64,000 bases of DNA from a virus. Positions 47,292 to 57,428 of this stretch are shown piece after piece. Position numbers and translations under genes: made by a program. Positions within the stretch are counted from its first letter, which is position 1; every line of letters starts with the position of its first letter. The stretch is from positions 32,001 through 96,000 of the IMG/VR virus record IMGVR_UViG_3300020463_000007; one strand, 5' to 3'. The notes beneath the pieces are model-generated. The model was given only the letters and a program-made list of their open reading frames with translations, was not told the DNA's origin and ran no database searches.

Positions 47292-48461
47292 TTAGCTGAA
47301 GCTTACGTTACCGTTAGTAATTGCAACGTTACCTAAGTAATCAGCCGCGTTACCAAGCGATGAAGCTGAGTTAGAAAGCTCAACGTAACCATATCTAGTC
47401 ATGAAAGACACAACTGGTTCGAATGAACTTGGATCTAACACTACACCACTACTCATCAATGGAATGTATGGGCAGTAGAATGCAGCAGCATCAGACTCAC
47501 TAGTACCTTTGTAGCCAACAAGTACAGCAGCATTATCAGCCGCATATGTGTTGACATACACTTTCATTGCACTATTTAAAGTTCCAACTAACTTAGTGTT
47601 TGTTGGTGCTTCAAAAGTACCTTCAGTAGTACGAGCGAACGCAGAAGTTGTAGCAGATTGTAGAATTGTTAACGCAAATGGGCTAACAACTGCAAAGTTA
47701 CCTGCACCTCTTCTTGTTCTTTGAGCGATCAAGTTTGATACTCTGTTAATTTGAACTGCAAGAGCAGCATGCTCATCACCAACAAAAGTAGCTGTACCAG
47801 ATACAGCAGCTTGGTCATAAGTTTCAGCGGCTGTTCCAGACAATGTAGTTAAGCTCTGAATGATCTCTTGATCAATTTCAGCGGTAATTTCTTGTGCTAA
47901 AGCAGCCATAATTTCTGCTTCTACATCAATACCGTGCATGGATTGTGCATCCTGTGCAGCTTCAAAAGTCCAGCGAGCTGATAGCTTTCTGGATTTTGCT
48001 TCTACAGTCTGTTTTAAGATCTGGATGGACATTTTACGTCCTGGCAAACCTTCTTTGGTTGCAGTTGCATCAGCAACACCAGACGGATCTGTACCCGTAC
48101 CTGAGTATGCAGTTGCAATTTTGAATGGGCTAAGAGCCTCTTCACCTGCTGTTGCGTTGTCATTGCTTTCAGCATAACGAACGCGAAGTGTGTGGATCTG
48201 ACCCACTGGTCCTGTCATCGGCTGTACGCCTACCAACTCGTTAGCGATAACTGTTGGCATCACACGTCTGATGACTGGAAGAATAACACGGTTAAGTGTT
48301 GCGATATTACCGGCGGAAGTTGCACCTGTGCCTGCTGCCTCTGACAAATACTTACGAGTGTTTTCGAGTGTACTTGCCATAACTGCTTTCTTGTTGCCAT
48401 TTAAGCCTTCAAGAAGAGCACCTTTGGTCTCCTGCCAGCGACTTTCTAGTAGTTCTGACAT
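47292..48461 (-). CDS. gp23: Major capsid protein
   Basis: VGVQPMTGPVGQI, VEAKSRKLSARWTFEAAQD...HGIDVE, AEID.EII, FYCPYIPL, SFMTRYG; LSE/A maturation site. Confidence 0.97.
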   Translation of the reverse strand: MSELLESRWQETKGALLEGLNGNKKAVMASTLENTRKYLSEAAGTGATSAGNIATLNRVILPVIRRVMPTVIANELVGVQPMTGPVGQIHTLRVRYAESNDNATAGEEALSPFKIATAYSGTGTDPSGVADATATKEGLPGRKMSIQILKQTVEAKSRKLSARWTFEAAQDAQSMHGIDVEAEIMAALAQEITAEIDQEIIQSLTTLSGTAAETYDQAAVSGTATFVGDEHAALAVQINRVSNLIAQRTRRGAGNFAVVSPFALTILQSATTSAFARTTEGTFEAPTNTKLVGTLNSAMKVYVNTYAADNAAVLVGYKGTSESDAAAFYCPYIPLMSSGVVLDPSSFEPVVSFMTRYGYVELSNSASSLGNAADYLGNVAITNGNVSFS

Positions 48462-48475
48462 ATTATATCTCCTTA

Positions 48476-49567
48476 TTAAATTCCAGCTAAACGTCTAATG
48501 TCAACGACATTATCGTCTACTGTTTTACTAGTTTGAACTATTTCTCTATTGCCTGTAATTTCTGTGCCTTCTGTAAGTGTAGCCTTTTTAGCTTTTTCTG
48601 GTGCTTCGCCGTCTATAACCGTTGGCAAATATTTGTCAAACTGAGATTGTAATCTGTTAGTTTGAACTGATTCCAGTAAGTCTTTCATAATCTCTTGCTG
48701 TTGATTACTTAATGGTGCAATCAACCCATGCATGATTTCTTTACGCTGTGCAGATTCAACAAGTTGTTTCTTTTGTTCTTGTTGTGCTTCTACTACTTTC
48801 TTTGCTTTAACAGCAAATGCTTTAGCTTCTGCTATCTGCTTGTCTTTAACATTAACAACTTTTAATAACTTAGCAGTTTCTGATTTTTCGTTTAGATAAC
48901 TACCTTGATATTCATTTGCAAATGCTTCAAACAATTTACGCCCAAAGTCATTTTTACGTGCTGCATCAATGTCTTCTTTAAGTTGTTTAATTTCTCCTCT
49001 AAGAGCTTTGTCAACTGTTGAAGAAACTGCTTTAGCACTTCTTTGAATAAAGTTTTCTTTAACTTTAGCCAAGTGTTTCTTAGCTTCTTTGACAAGTTTT
49101 ACCTTGGTAGCAGCTAAGTCTTTTTTGTCTTCGTAGAACTCAGATATTTCGTTGGCCAATGCGTCAACAACAAAATTTTCTAATTTAGAAAAGTTGTTAG
49201 CCATTGATTTTTGTTCTTCGTGTAGCTCTGAAACCTCTTTTTTAAGTGATTCCATTACAAAACCTTTTAGTAACTTTGCATTTTCACGCATAGCTACTGC
49301 ATATTTTGCTTTAGCTTCAGAAAGCTGTTTACGATCTTCTGTAAATTCAGTAATTTCTGCAGATAATCTCTCAGATACTAAGTTGTCAATGGCTTCTACC
49401 ATAGTAGCCTTATCGTGTTCGTATTTCTGAGCGAATTCCTCACGGAGTTCGGCGGTTACAGCAAGTTTATTTTCTTTAATTTTTGCTTCCCACGCTTCTT
49501 CAATTTGTTTACGCACATCCTCTGAAACAACATCGTTTTCGAAAAGTGTTTTTAGTGCATCCAACAT
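48476..49567 (-). CDS. gp22: Prohead core scaffolding protein
   Basis: Coiled-coil, E/K/A-rich; between protease and MCP; GRKLFEAF motif. Confidence 0.8.
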   Translation of the reverse strand: MLDALKTLFENDVVSEDVRKQIEEAWEAKIKENKLAVTAELREEFAQKYEHDKATMVEAIDNLVSERLSAEITEFTEDRKQLSEAKAKYAVAMRENAKLLKGFVMESLKKEVSELHEEQKSMANNFSKLENFVVDALANEISEFYEDKKDLAATKVKLVKEAKKHLAKVKENFIQRSAKAVSSTVDKALRGEIKQLKEDIDAARKNDFGRKLFEAFANEYQGSYLNEKSETAKLLKVVNVKDKQIAEAKAFAVKAKKVVEAQQEQKKQLVESAQRKEIMHGLIAPLSNQQQEIMKDLLESVQTNRLQSQFDKYLPTVIDGEAPEKAKKATLTEGTEITGNREIVQTSKTVDDNVVDIRRLAGI

Positions 49568-49582
49568 GTTTTATTTCTCCTT

Positions 49583-50209
49583 TTATTGGAGTCTACTGAT
49601 TATATTAATCAGAGATTCTTTTAAATATTTTTGTGCCTTAGGGTCTTCTTTTGTTGCCTGTGCAAATTGATAAGCCTTCATTCCACCTCGTGCATTCATA
49701 AGTTGTTCATAAATTGGAGTTGGATATGCACCGGGTGCTGATGGCTGTGCCACTACATCCACAGTGATAATTTCAAAATCGGAAACTTCTCCGTTTCCGC
49801 TTTCACTAACGTTACCAGAACCACGTGATGAGACACCTAGTTTGACTCCGCTTTCAAGCATTGTTTTCACTAGTTGTCCCATAGGTGTTGGTAAAATTTT
49901 AAGTTTTCCGTAACCGTTGTCGCCTTCCATCCACATTTCTGTGATCATATGGCTTACACGATCTAAATTAATATTCAGTCCTTCTGGATGATCAACTTCG
50001 CCGAGAACGCTATATCCGCCTGAGCATTGATCGTTGAGAGTTTTGACAGCCCTACCAATTTCTTGTACAGGATAAACACGCTGGTTAGCGTTGCGTACTC
50101 CGCCTTGTATACAAATACCTTTCATATACAAGTCTTTCCCTTCATTGGCAGACTCAACGACAATTTTTGCTTCGTCGAAAGTCAGTGTCTCAGATAAATT
50201 CATCACCAT
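49583..50209 (-). CDS. gp21: Prohead protease
   Basis: NANQRVYP, GEVDHP, RVSH, LGVSSRGSG, DVVAQPSAP.AYP. Confidence 0.95.
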   Translation of the reverse strand: MVMNLSETLTFDEAKIVVESANEGKDLYMKGICIQGGVRNANQRVYPVQEIGRAVKTLNDQCSGGYSVLGEVDHPEGLNINLDRVSHMITEMWMEGDNGYGKLKILPTPMGQLVKTMLESGVKLGVSSRGSGNVSESGNGEVSDFEIITVDVVAQPSAPGAYPTPIYEQLMNARGGMKAYQFAQATKEDPKAQKYLKESLINIISRLQ

Positions 50210-50227
50210 CCAAATACCTTATATTAA

Positions 50228-51241
50228 TTAGCTACCAATAGTACTTTTTTTATTGGCTGCTGTGTCGCCTGCGCCTTTTTTCTCTGCGCCATGGCCTTTA
50301 GTATCAGACTTCATTGACTTAGAAGCTTTGCCACCTGGAACATTTACGTTACCACTTGCAATATCTTTTGGACTTGCTGGTGTCATACCTTTTTCGTCTG
50401 CGCCTTGTACTAAGTTTGAAGCATCTCCGCCCATGTTGTTAGCACCTGCTACTGGAGACTTGGTGTTTGCACCGTTGTCACCCATTTTAGGTGTAATTTT
50501 TTCAACATATTCACGCATCTGCTCTGTTGGAGATAGTTCTTCTTTAGAACCTTCCTCAACCTCGTCGTCTGATGTTTCATCAACTTCTTCGTCTGATGCT
50601 TCTGGCATTTCTTCGTCGCCTTCTTCATCGTCCATATCCATCTCAGCATCATCAGCTGGCATTTCATCTTCAGCGTCGTCCATATCGTCTCCGCCTTCTT
50701 TGTCTGCCATCATTTCTTCAAATTCTGCTTTTAATTCGTCTAAAGCGTCTTCTAGATCTTCGACTCTTTCTTCCATGTCGCCTTCTGGCTCATCTTCGCC
50801 GCCTTCTTCGTCGCCCATGTCAGCAATATCAGCCATCATACCATCAGCTGCATCACCTTTGTCCATGTCCATGTCGTCTTCGCCTTCGACTTCAAATTCA
50901 TCAAGATTAAAATCTTCTTCTACTTCATCATCATCAGAAGCTTCATCGACTTCTTCGTCGCTTTCTTCTTTCATCTCTTTGTCTTTTTTGGCTTTTTTCG
51001 CTTTTTTCTCAGCGTCATCGTCCATTGCTTCGTCAACTTCTTCATCATCTTTAGAAGCTTCATCAACTTCCTCATCAGATGTTTCATCTACTGACTCATC
51101 TTCTAGATCATCTTCTAAAAGGTTTTCATAAATTTCTCTGGATTTCTCAACCACAATATTGTGGAAAAGTTCTTCTGCTTTGGCCTTGTCTTCGTTAACC
51201 AGGCATTCAAGCATTTCTTCGAATTGTTTTGAATCTGCCAT
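50228..51241 (-). CDS. Highly acidic prohead core protein (gp67/68-like position)
   Basis: D/E-rich with EEVDE(A/T)S repeats; GGAG RBS; late promoter at 51304. Confidence 0.7.
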   Translation of the reverse strand: MADSKQFEEMLECLVNEDKAKAEELFHNIVVEKSREIYENLLEDDLEDESVDETSDEEVDEASKDDEEVDEAMDDDAEKKAKKAKKDKEMKEESDEEVDEASDDDEVEEDFNLDEFEVEGEDDMDMDKGDAADGMMADIADMGDEEGGEDEPEGDMEERVEDLEDALDELKAEFEEMMADKEGGDDMDDAEDEMPADDAEMDMDDEEGDEEMPEASDEEVDETSDDEVEEGSKEELSPTEQMREYVEKITPKMGDNGANTKSPVAGANNMGGDASNLVQGADEKGMTPASPKDIASGNVNVPGGKASKSMKSDTKGHGAEKKGAGDTAANKKSTIGS

Positions 51242-51363
51242 TTTATTCTCCTATATATAATAAATTATTTTACCTTCACGGTAAGGCTGTCAATTGTATT
51301 TACTATTTATACGAAAATATGCCCGAAAATAGGCTCAAAACGACACTTTTTGCAAATTTTCTG

Positions 51364-52092
51364 CTAGATAGCGAAAATTTTTAAAAAATGTTGCATTTCC
51401 ATTGTGTTATAATTGCTCAAAATATTTAGTTCGTCTGGAGAATAATTATCTATAGCTATTACTCTAGTGTAGTTTATACGCGGATGTTCTTTGATAGTTG
51501 TAGCAGTTTGTTTAAGCCAATTTCCATGATAAGTAGCTCCGTCTATTGATTTTTTATAGTTTTCTGTATCTGCATATATATTATTAAAGTGACTACCTCC
51601 GTCTTTACCTGTATAGTCAAAGCCTAATATAAAAATTTGCTGAGGTCCATGTTGACTAGCAAGCCATAAAGCAGTAGGACCACTACTCCATCCTTTGCTT
51701 GGTTGAAAGAAATTTAACTTTGACATATTATTATATGCTTTGTTTGGATTTGTCCAAACTTGATCATTACGCAATTGATATTTGTGTTTGTTAATTTCTA
51801 AAACCATTTTAACATCAACTGCAATTAAATAATCAGGATCGTATTCTCTATATATAGCATTACATCCATATACTTTGCCATAGTTTTTAATAACTTGTAG
51901 GTCAACAGGATGTCGACTTAATCCGTTGCCTAAAACAAAAGATGTTATATTGTTATTTAAATTTTGTATTGTTGGACGGGGTGGTAATTTATTAGCTTTG
52001 GCTGCTCTTTTTGCTGCTTTTTCTTGTTTAATTTTTTCTTTGAGCTTGCGCCATTGATCTTTTGTGTAATCAGCTTTGTTGGGTTTTGTCAT
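51364..52092 (-). CDS. Maf/DUF115-like (sialyltransferase-fold) putative glycosyltransferase
   Basis: VLGNGLS, GCNA.Y....PDYL.AVD, SSG.TAL..A, I.ILGFD motifs. Confidence 0.6.
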   Translation of the reverse strand: MTKPNKADYTKDQWRKLKEKIKQEKAAKRAAKANKLPPRPTIQNLNNNITSFVLGNGLSRHPVDLQVIKNYGKVYGCNAIYREYDPDYLIAVDVKMVLEINKHKYQLRNDQVWTNPNKAYNNMSKLNFFQPSKGWSSGPTALWLASQHGPQQIFILGFDYTGKDGGSHFNNIYADTENYKKSIDGATYHGNWLKQTATTIKEHPRINYTRVIAIDNYSPDELNILSNYNTMEMQHFLKIFAI

Positions 52093-52097
52093 CTAGC

Positions 52098-52346
52098 TTA
52101 GACACCAGCTGCTGCCGCCTGAGCCGCTAAACCATACATTTGTCTAGTGATATTAAGCTCTTTATTTTTTTCTTTGATATGTGCTTCAGAACCTTTTCTT
52201 GCCCTGTTAATTTGTGTAAGAGTAAGTTTTGTTTTTCTTGTGTCGTCTGATTTTACAACAGATTGATCATACTGTGGTTCATAAGAATCATCTTGTATAG
52301 TATCAAGTGTGTCTTTGTCAAAATAAAATAATTCACGTAGTATCAT
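52098..52346 (-). CDS. Small head-module protein
   Basis: Directly after portal; TATAAATA 5 nt upstream. Confidence 0.65.
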   Translation of the reverse strand: MILRELFYFDKDTLDTIQDDSYEPQYDQSVVKSDDTRKTKLTLTQINRARKGSEAHIKEKNKELNITRQMYGLAAQAAAAGV

Positions 52347-52354
52347 GCTAGTAT

Positions 52355-54097
52355 TTATACCGTTTGGTCTGTTCCTGGAGGAGGTGTTCCGCCTGGTGTA
52401 TCTCCTGTTACTGTATCTGGTGGTGCTCCTGCTCCGCCATCTTCTGGTGCTGGTGTATCATCAAGAATATCTTCGGCTCCATCAATGTCTGCACTAATAC
52501 CTGCAGAACTGATACCAACACTTCTCATTTCGCCTGAAGAATCACCTGGAGGTGGTTGTAAGTTTTCATCATTCTCTTCTCTCCATAATCTTTCATTTTC
52601 TGCAATTTCTTCTTTACTAAATCCTAAAAATCTTTCTAGTGCAAATCTATTTGACACGTAAGGTATTGCACTCATCTGTGTAAATGTTGGGACTCTTGCA
52701 TTATCAAGTTCTGCTTGTCTATAACTTGCAAAATTTTGTGGCGGTTGAAATTTTAAATCAAACATTGATGTATCAATGTTAACACCTTTTTCTAATAAAA
52801 ATAATTTAAATTCTTTATCAAACGCTTGTGTAACAAGTCCTTGTAATCTTTCACAATACTTGTTAAATCTTAATTCTTGAATATATGCTGTGCCTACTCT
52901 TCCATCATTGTACGAACTAGTAGCATCATCTGCCCCGGTCGGTAAATATGAACTAGGAATTCGTAAGCCACGTACGAGCTTATTAGTAAAGTATCTGAGA
53001 TCATCGATCTCTCCTAGGTTTGTGCCTCCTGGTAATGTTTCTACTTTTGATCCTCTACCTTCAGCTGTTTGCGGAAAGAAATAATCTTCATTAATTGACA
53101 ACGGATTATAACTACTATCAATTACATTATTACCTCCGCCTGTTGAACTTGGTATTCTTCTTTGATGTATTTCTGTTTTTACACGCTCAACAAATTGCAT
53201 CGCAAGGTGCGTTGGCATGTTTCCTACGTCTACATAAAACACTCTTCGCTCTGGTGCTCTTTGTACTCTATAAATTATAATTGCATCTTCTAATAGTTCT
53301 TTTTGTTTATAAACTTTAAATATACCTTCTAAAAGTGAATTACCGAAAGGATAATTGTTATCAAGTCCTTCTGATAAACTTAAATGTACTATATGTTCAG
53401 CGTTAATTGCTACTTCACCTTCACCTTGCTGATATCTACTACCTGCTTGTTGAGGTGCATTACCAACCATACCTCTTACGCCGCCGCTTTGATATCCACT
53501 ACCTCCTCCTGTAATATTACCATTAGTAATATGCGGAGTTGTAGCTACCATATCTTTGAAGTTTAAATTCATATCACGTATGATATATTGCTCTGGTGTT
53601 TTGCCTTCAGATTCATTAACAATAATTCTTATTAATTTTGCAGGATCAACATGAAATAATTTTTTTGTTTCAGGATCTCTAATAAACAATTGATCGCCAA
53701 ACTTGAATACATTACGCATTATTCTAAACATACGTGTGTGAAAGTTTTGTAGATTACACCATTGTCTTAGATATTGTCCTAATATGCTTACTTCTGAATT
53801 AGTTGCTGATTTGTTAAACTCAAATCTAAAGTTAGTTGAATTTTCTTTGTTGGACTGTGAACAAAATTCTGCTAGTATATCTAAAGCCGCGTTGACTTCT
53901 GAATCATTGTCCATGGTATTATATTGTCCGTAGCGTTCAACACGATTAGGACTTCCAACATACACATCTGGTAGATATGAACTATAGTTTGTTCTAGCTG
54001 GTCCTGCTTGAGCACCGCCGCCTCTTGTAAATGGAGAATAGCTTCCGGTCATATTGTCACCGGTCTGTACTGGTGTAAAGTATTTTTTCCAACTCAT
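52355..54097 (-). CDS. gp20: Portal protein
   Basis: LEDAIIIYRVQRAPERRVFYVDVGNMP, EDYFFP..GRGSKVETLPGG.NLGEIDD, ELRF.K. Confidence 0.97.
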   Translation of the reverse strand: MSWKKYFTPVQTGDNMTGSYSPFTRGGGAQAGPARTNYSSYLPDVYVGSPNRVERYGQYNTMDNDSEVNAALDILAEFCSQSNKENSTNFRFEFNKSATNSEVSILGQYLRQWCNLQNFHTRMFRIMRNVFKFGDQLFIRDPETKKLFHVDPAKLIRIIVNESEGKTPEQYIIRDMNLNFKDMVATTPHITNGNITGGGSGYQSGGVRGMVGNAPQQAGSRYQQGEGEVAINAEHIVHLSLSEGLDNNYPFGNSLLEGIFKVYKQKELLEDAIIIYRVQRAPERRVFYVDVGNMPTHLAMQFVERVKTEIHQRRIPSSTGGGNNVIDSSYNPLSINEDYFFPQTAEGRGSKVETLPGGTNLGEIDDLRYFTNKLVRGLRIPSSYLPTGADDATSSYNDGRVGTAYIQELRFNKYCERLQGLVTQAFDKEFKLFLLEKGVNIDTSMFDLKFQPPQNFASYRQAELDNARVPTFTQMSAIPYVSNRFALERFLGFSKEEIAENERLWREENDENLQPPPGDSSGEMRSVGISSAGISADIDGAEDILDDTPAPEDGGAGAPPDTVTGDTPGGTPPPGTDQTV

Positions 54098-56316
54098 ATG
54101 TTTAATCCTCCTCGACTAAACACATTACCCATTGCTCCTAAATTTTTTGTAACCTTAGTCATATTTTTTTGTTCTACTAATTGGCTTCCTATACCAGAAG
54201 CTGTTTGTTCCATAGCATCTTTCATGCCTTTGAAAACTTCAGGATCAAGTACTGCTTTAATAGCTTCTACATTACCAGTACCAAATGTTTCCATAGCTTC
54301 TCTCAGTTGTGTTATACTTGTTTCAATACTTGGTCCTGCATTAGCCTGAGTTTCCGGACTACGCATAGTATTTACCGCACCTTGTATGTTTGCGTTAGAA
54401 GATATGGCTCTTGATCGATCAAGATCTTCTGGAGTTGGATAACCTCTTACCATACTTTCCATACTCATTGCAACATTACTAGCAGATTCTGCTCCACCTA
54501 ATCCACCTGCACTCTTCATCGCCGCTATTCCAGCATCTAATTGTTTGGCTTGTGCTTGAGTCATAACCAATTCATTACCATGTAGTATAGCTAAAGTGCC
54601 TTTGCCAAAATTTTCTGTTAGACTAGCAAACGAAGTAAAGCCTTTCATTGCTTGATCCATTCCAGGTGTACCAAACATACGTTTTTTTAAATTTTGATTT
54701 GTATTAACATCTAATGGATTTACTTCTGATTTAGCTGGTGGTACAGGAATCCTATCTGCACTTGGATTTACTATCGCGTTAGCCGCATTTAATGCATTTA
54801 TTAATTTAATAGTTTCTTCTCTAGAAAGACTTGTTACCTTTGATAAAGTCTCAATTTCAGTTTTTAATTTTACAAGTTCATTTGTATTTTCCTGTGTTGT
54901 TCCTGCTATCAGTTTTGCATCTATATCTGTCTTAACACCTTCAAGCACGCCAGGATCAACTGGTGGAGCTTCACCTGTAGTAATATAATCTTTCGCTGCT
55001 TGTAGAGGTTTCATAATTGTATCAGTCACAGGATCTATCAAATTAAAATCTGGACTCATTGCTCTTTGTGTTAAATCTTTAAACAGTGGTCCCATAAATT
55101 CTTGGTATACTTGTTTTGTTACGTCGGCTTGAACTTTAGTTGCGGCCCTAATCATTGCTTCTTGTCCTCGCAATGCAGATTGCAATACCATTTGTTCTGG
55201 GTCTTCACTTATCGCACCGCCCTTATCAACAAACCCTCCTTGTTTAATTTGCTCCGAAAGTGCTTTTTTACGCATCTCTTGGAATTGACCTTGCATTTGG
55301 CTAAGTGTTATTTCTCCACGCTCGTATTGTGCTTGAACACCAATCATTGCTTCAGAAGTTTTTGCATATGACTCTGCAACTGCGGCAGTCGCTGAGTTTG
55401 TTCCGCCTAGTATTGCAAGTTCTTTATTTGCTGATCTATCTTTGGCGGCTGCTGCTGCAAGTTGACTCTTAAGTGCATTATACTCTTCTGTACGTCCTGC
55501 ATCCTGAGCTGCCTTCATCTGTTTCATAATACCCATAGAGTTACTAAACATACCTGCAAGTTGTGCTTGGTCTTCGCTAGGAAATCCTCTAATCATCATG
55601 TCTTTGAACAAGTCGCCTATGCCACTAGCATCAGCTTCACTAGCTGCATTCATCATAGCTTTCTGCATGTTTGCTTCCATGCCCATAGTCTTGGCTCTAA
55701 AGTCACCTTGCCTCTGCAATGCCGCTTGCTCTTTCTTAAGAGCATCATTACTTTTACCTGTAAGTTTTGATAATAAATCTAAATCTTTTGCATATTCTGC
55801 TGTACGTTGTTGTATTAGTGCATCTGAAGCCGCATTTTGTTTACCAGACATCATAGCCATGCGTTGTGTCATCATCATGGCTTCGCCAATTTCTTCGTGT
55901 GTTAGGCCAATATTTCTAAGCTGTGTTCCAAATCTGTTGTTTTCAGAATTTAACTGCTTCATGTTTGAAAGAAACAGCGTTGCTCCGTGTTCAACAGTAC
56001 CACCAAATCCAGCTAGTAGTTCACTGTTACTGGCTACTAAACCAGTCATTTCTTTGATACTTAGGCCAGCTCCTGTTGCTGCGGTAAGCATTGATTCAAG
56101 ACTACCGCCAAAATGTACTCCGGATTTAGTTAAAACCTGGTATTGACTTACTTGTTTTTCAATCTCTTTGGCTACAGCGCCTGCTGCGCCGCCTGCAAAT
56201 TTAATATTTGAAGCGAAATCTGTTAAACTTGGTTTGGTTAAACCAAGTGATTTAGCCATACCTATAGCGGCATTAGTAGTTTCTTTTGCCGCTTTGTTTA
56301 CATCTTCTTCTGCCAT
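54094..56316 (-). CDS. Tape-measure-like protein
   Basis: Long A/M/Q/K-rich helical protein; GTLAILHGNELV motif; divergent from tail chaperone. Confidence 0.7.
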   Translation of the reverse strand: MAEEDVNKAAKETTNAAIGMAKSLGLTKPSLTDFASNIKFAGGAAGAVAKEIEKQVSQYQVLTKSGVHFGGSLESMLTAATGAGLSIKEMTGLVASNSELLAGFGGTVEHGATLFLSNMKQLNSENNRFGTQLRNIGLTHEEIGEAMMMTQRMAMMSGKQNAASDALIQQRTAEYAKDLDLLSKLTGKSNDALKKEQAALQRQGDFRAKTMGMEANMQKAMMNAASEADASGIGDLFKDMMIRGFPSEDQAQLAGMFSNSMGIMKQMKAAQDAGRTEEYNALKSQLAAAAAKDRSANKELAILGGTNSATAAVAESYAKTSEAMIGVQAQYERGEITLSQMQGQFQEMRKKALSEQIKQGGFVDKGGAISEDPEQMVLQSALRGQEAMIRAATKVQADVTKQVYQEFMGPLFKDLTQRAMSPDFNLIDPVTDTIMKPLQAAKDYITTGEAPPVDPGVLEGVKTDIDAKLIAGTTQENTNELVKLKTEIETLSKVTSLSREETIKLINALNAANAIVNPSADRIPVPPAKSEVNPLDVNTNQNLKKRMFGTPGMDQAMKGFTSFASLTENFGKGTLAILHGNELVMTQAQAKQLDAGIAAMKSAGGLGGAESASNVAMSMESMVRGYPTPEDLDRSRAISSNANIQGAVNTMRSPETQANAGPSIETSITQLREAMETFGTGNVEAIKAVLDPEVFKGMKDAMEQTASGIGSQLVEQKNMTKVTKNLGAMGNVFSRGGLNI

Positions 56317-56382
56317 AATTCTAATTCCAAGGTTTTTTAGACCATAAATATACTATATGAATATATTTATCAAGGAAAAAAC

Positions 56383-57207
56383 ATGCCGTCACCATTAACC
56401 AAATATCAGCGACAGCCTAAACAATCAATTGACCTTCCTAGCAAAGGAAGATGGTATAGTCAAGGATCTTTGGAAAAGTCTGAAGAACTAGAAGTCTTCA
56501 GTATGACAGCTAGTAACGAAATTGCAACTAAAACTCCTGATACATTACTCAGCGGAAACACTACAGTAGATATTATTAAAAGCTGTATACCAAGCATTAG
56601 AAATCCTTGGGAAATTCCAATGACAGATATCTATACAATTTTAGCTGCAATAAGAATGGCTAGTTACGGTGGCAACATAAATGCAAAAAATACTTGTACA
56701 GAATGCAGTGAGGAAAACAATTACGATATTGATATTCAAAATATGTTAGCTCACTTTGCAAAAGGCAACTTTGAAGATAGTGTTGTTATTGATAATATGA
56801 AATTTAGTTTGAGAGCTTTAACTTTTAGAGAGTTAAATGACATCAATAAACAAAATTTCAAACTCCAACGCACACTATTGCAAGCTGTACCAAATATTAC
56901 AGATGAAAATCAAAAAGCAGAAGAACAACAAAAAGTTTATGACGCACTTTCTGTGTTAAGAAAAAACACAGTTGTTTCATCTATTGCTAAGATTGAAGTT
57001 GATAATGAAGAAGAAACTGATCTAAACGAAATAGCAAAGTTCATAGAAAATGCTGACAAGGATTTTTTTGTAAAAGTTGAACAAGCTGTTATGCGTAACA
57101 ACGAGCAGTTTATTGTTCCTGAAACAGATATCGAATGTGCCAACTGTGGTCATAAGTCTAAGTTAAACATTGAGCTGGACTACTCAAATTTTTTCGCACA
57201 AGGCTAA
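56383..57207 (+). CDS. Baseplate hub/tail assembly chaperone (gp26-like), short form
   Basis: LPSKG.WY, MTA..E, AIR.ASYG, two CxxC pairs, ends NFF.QG. Confidence 0.8.
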   Translation: MPSPLTKYQRQPKQSIDLPSKGRWYSQGSLEKSEELEVFSMTASNEIATKTPDTLLSGNTTVDIIKSCIPSIRNPWEIPMTDIYTILAAIRMASYGGNINAKNTCTECSEENNYDIDIQNMLAHFAKGNFEDSVVIDNMKFSLRALTFRELNDINKQNFKLQRTLLQAVPNITDENQKAEEQQKVYDALSVLRKNTVVSSIAKIEVDNEEETDLNEIAKFIENADKDFFVKVEQAVMRNNEQFIVPETDIECANCGHKSKLNIELDYSNFFAQG

Positions 57208-57428
57208 TTCAGACAAAAGATTCTGATCTCAAGAAATTAGCCGAAGATTACGAAGACGAGATCAAAGGTATAAAGCATCAAGTTTATCAGTTATGCTGGT
57301 ACATGCGTGGTGGTGTAGATTCTTATAAGTTGCTACACGATACTGATTTGGAAGATTTTGAAATAATGAATAAAATTGTTATGGATAATATTAAAAATTC
57401 CAAAGACACTGGTATGCCTTTAGTATAA
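57189..57428 (+). CDS. -1 frame extension (gp51-like) of the chaperone; not in ORF track
   Basis: Open frame RTRLIQTKDSDLKKL..QLCWYMRGG..TGMPLV* with no usable start; entered at A AAT TTT TTC; fills the gap exactly to the next gene. Confidence 0.75.
   Translation, partial: FFRTRLIQTKDSDLKKLAEDYEDEIKGIKHQVYQLCWYMRGGVDSYKLLHDTDLEDFEIMNKIVMDNIKNSKDTGMPLV

Noticed and set aside
50253-51131. 292-aa Ser-rich plus-strand ORF
   Set aside because: Antisense shadow of the Asp/Glu codons of the acidic core gene; no RBS or promoter
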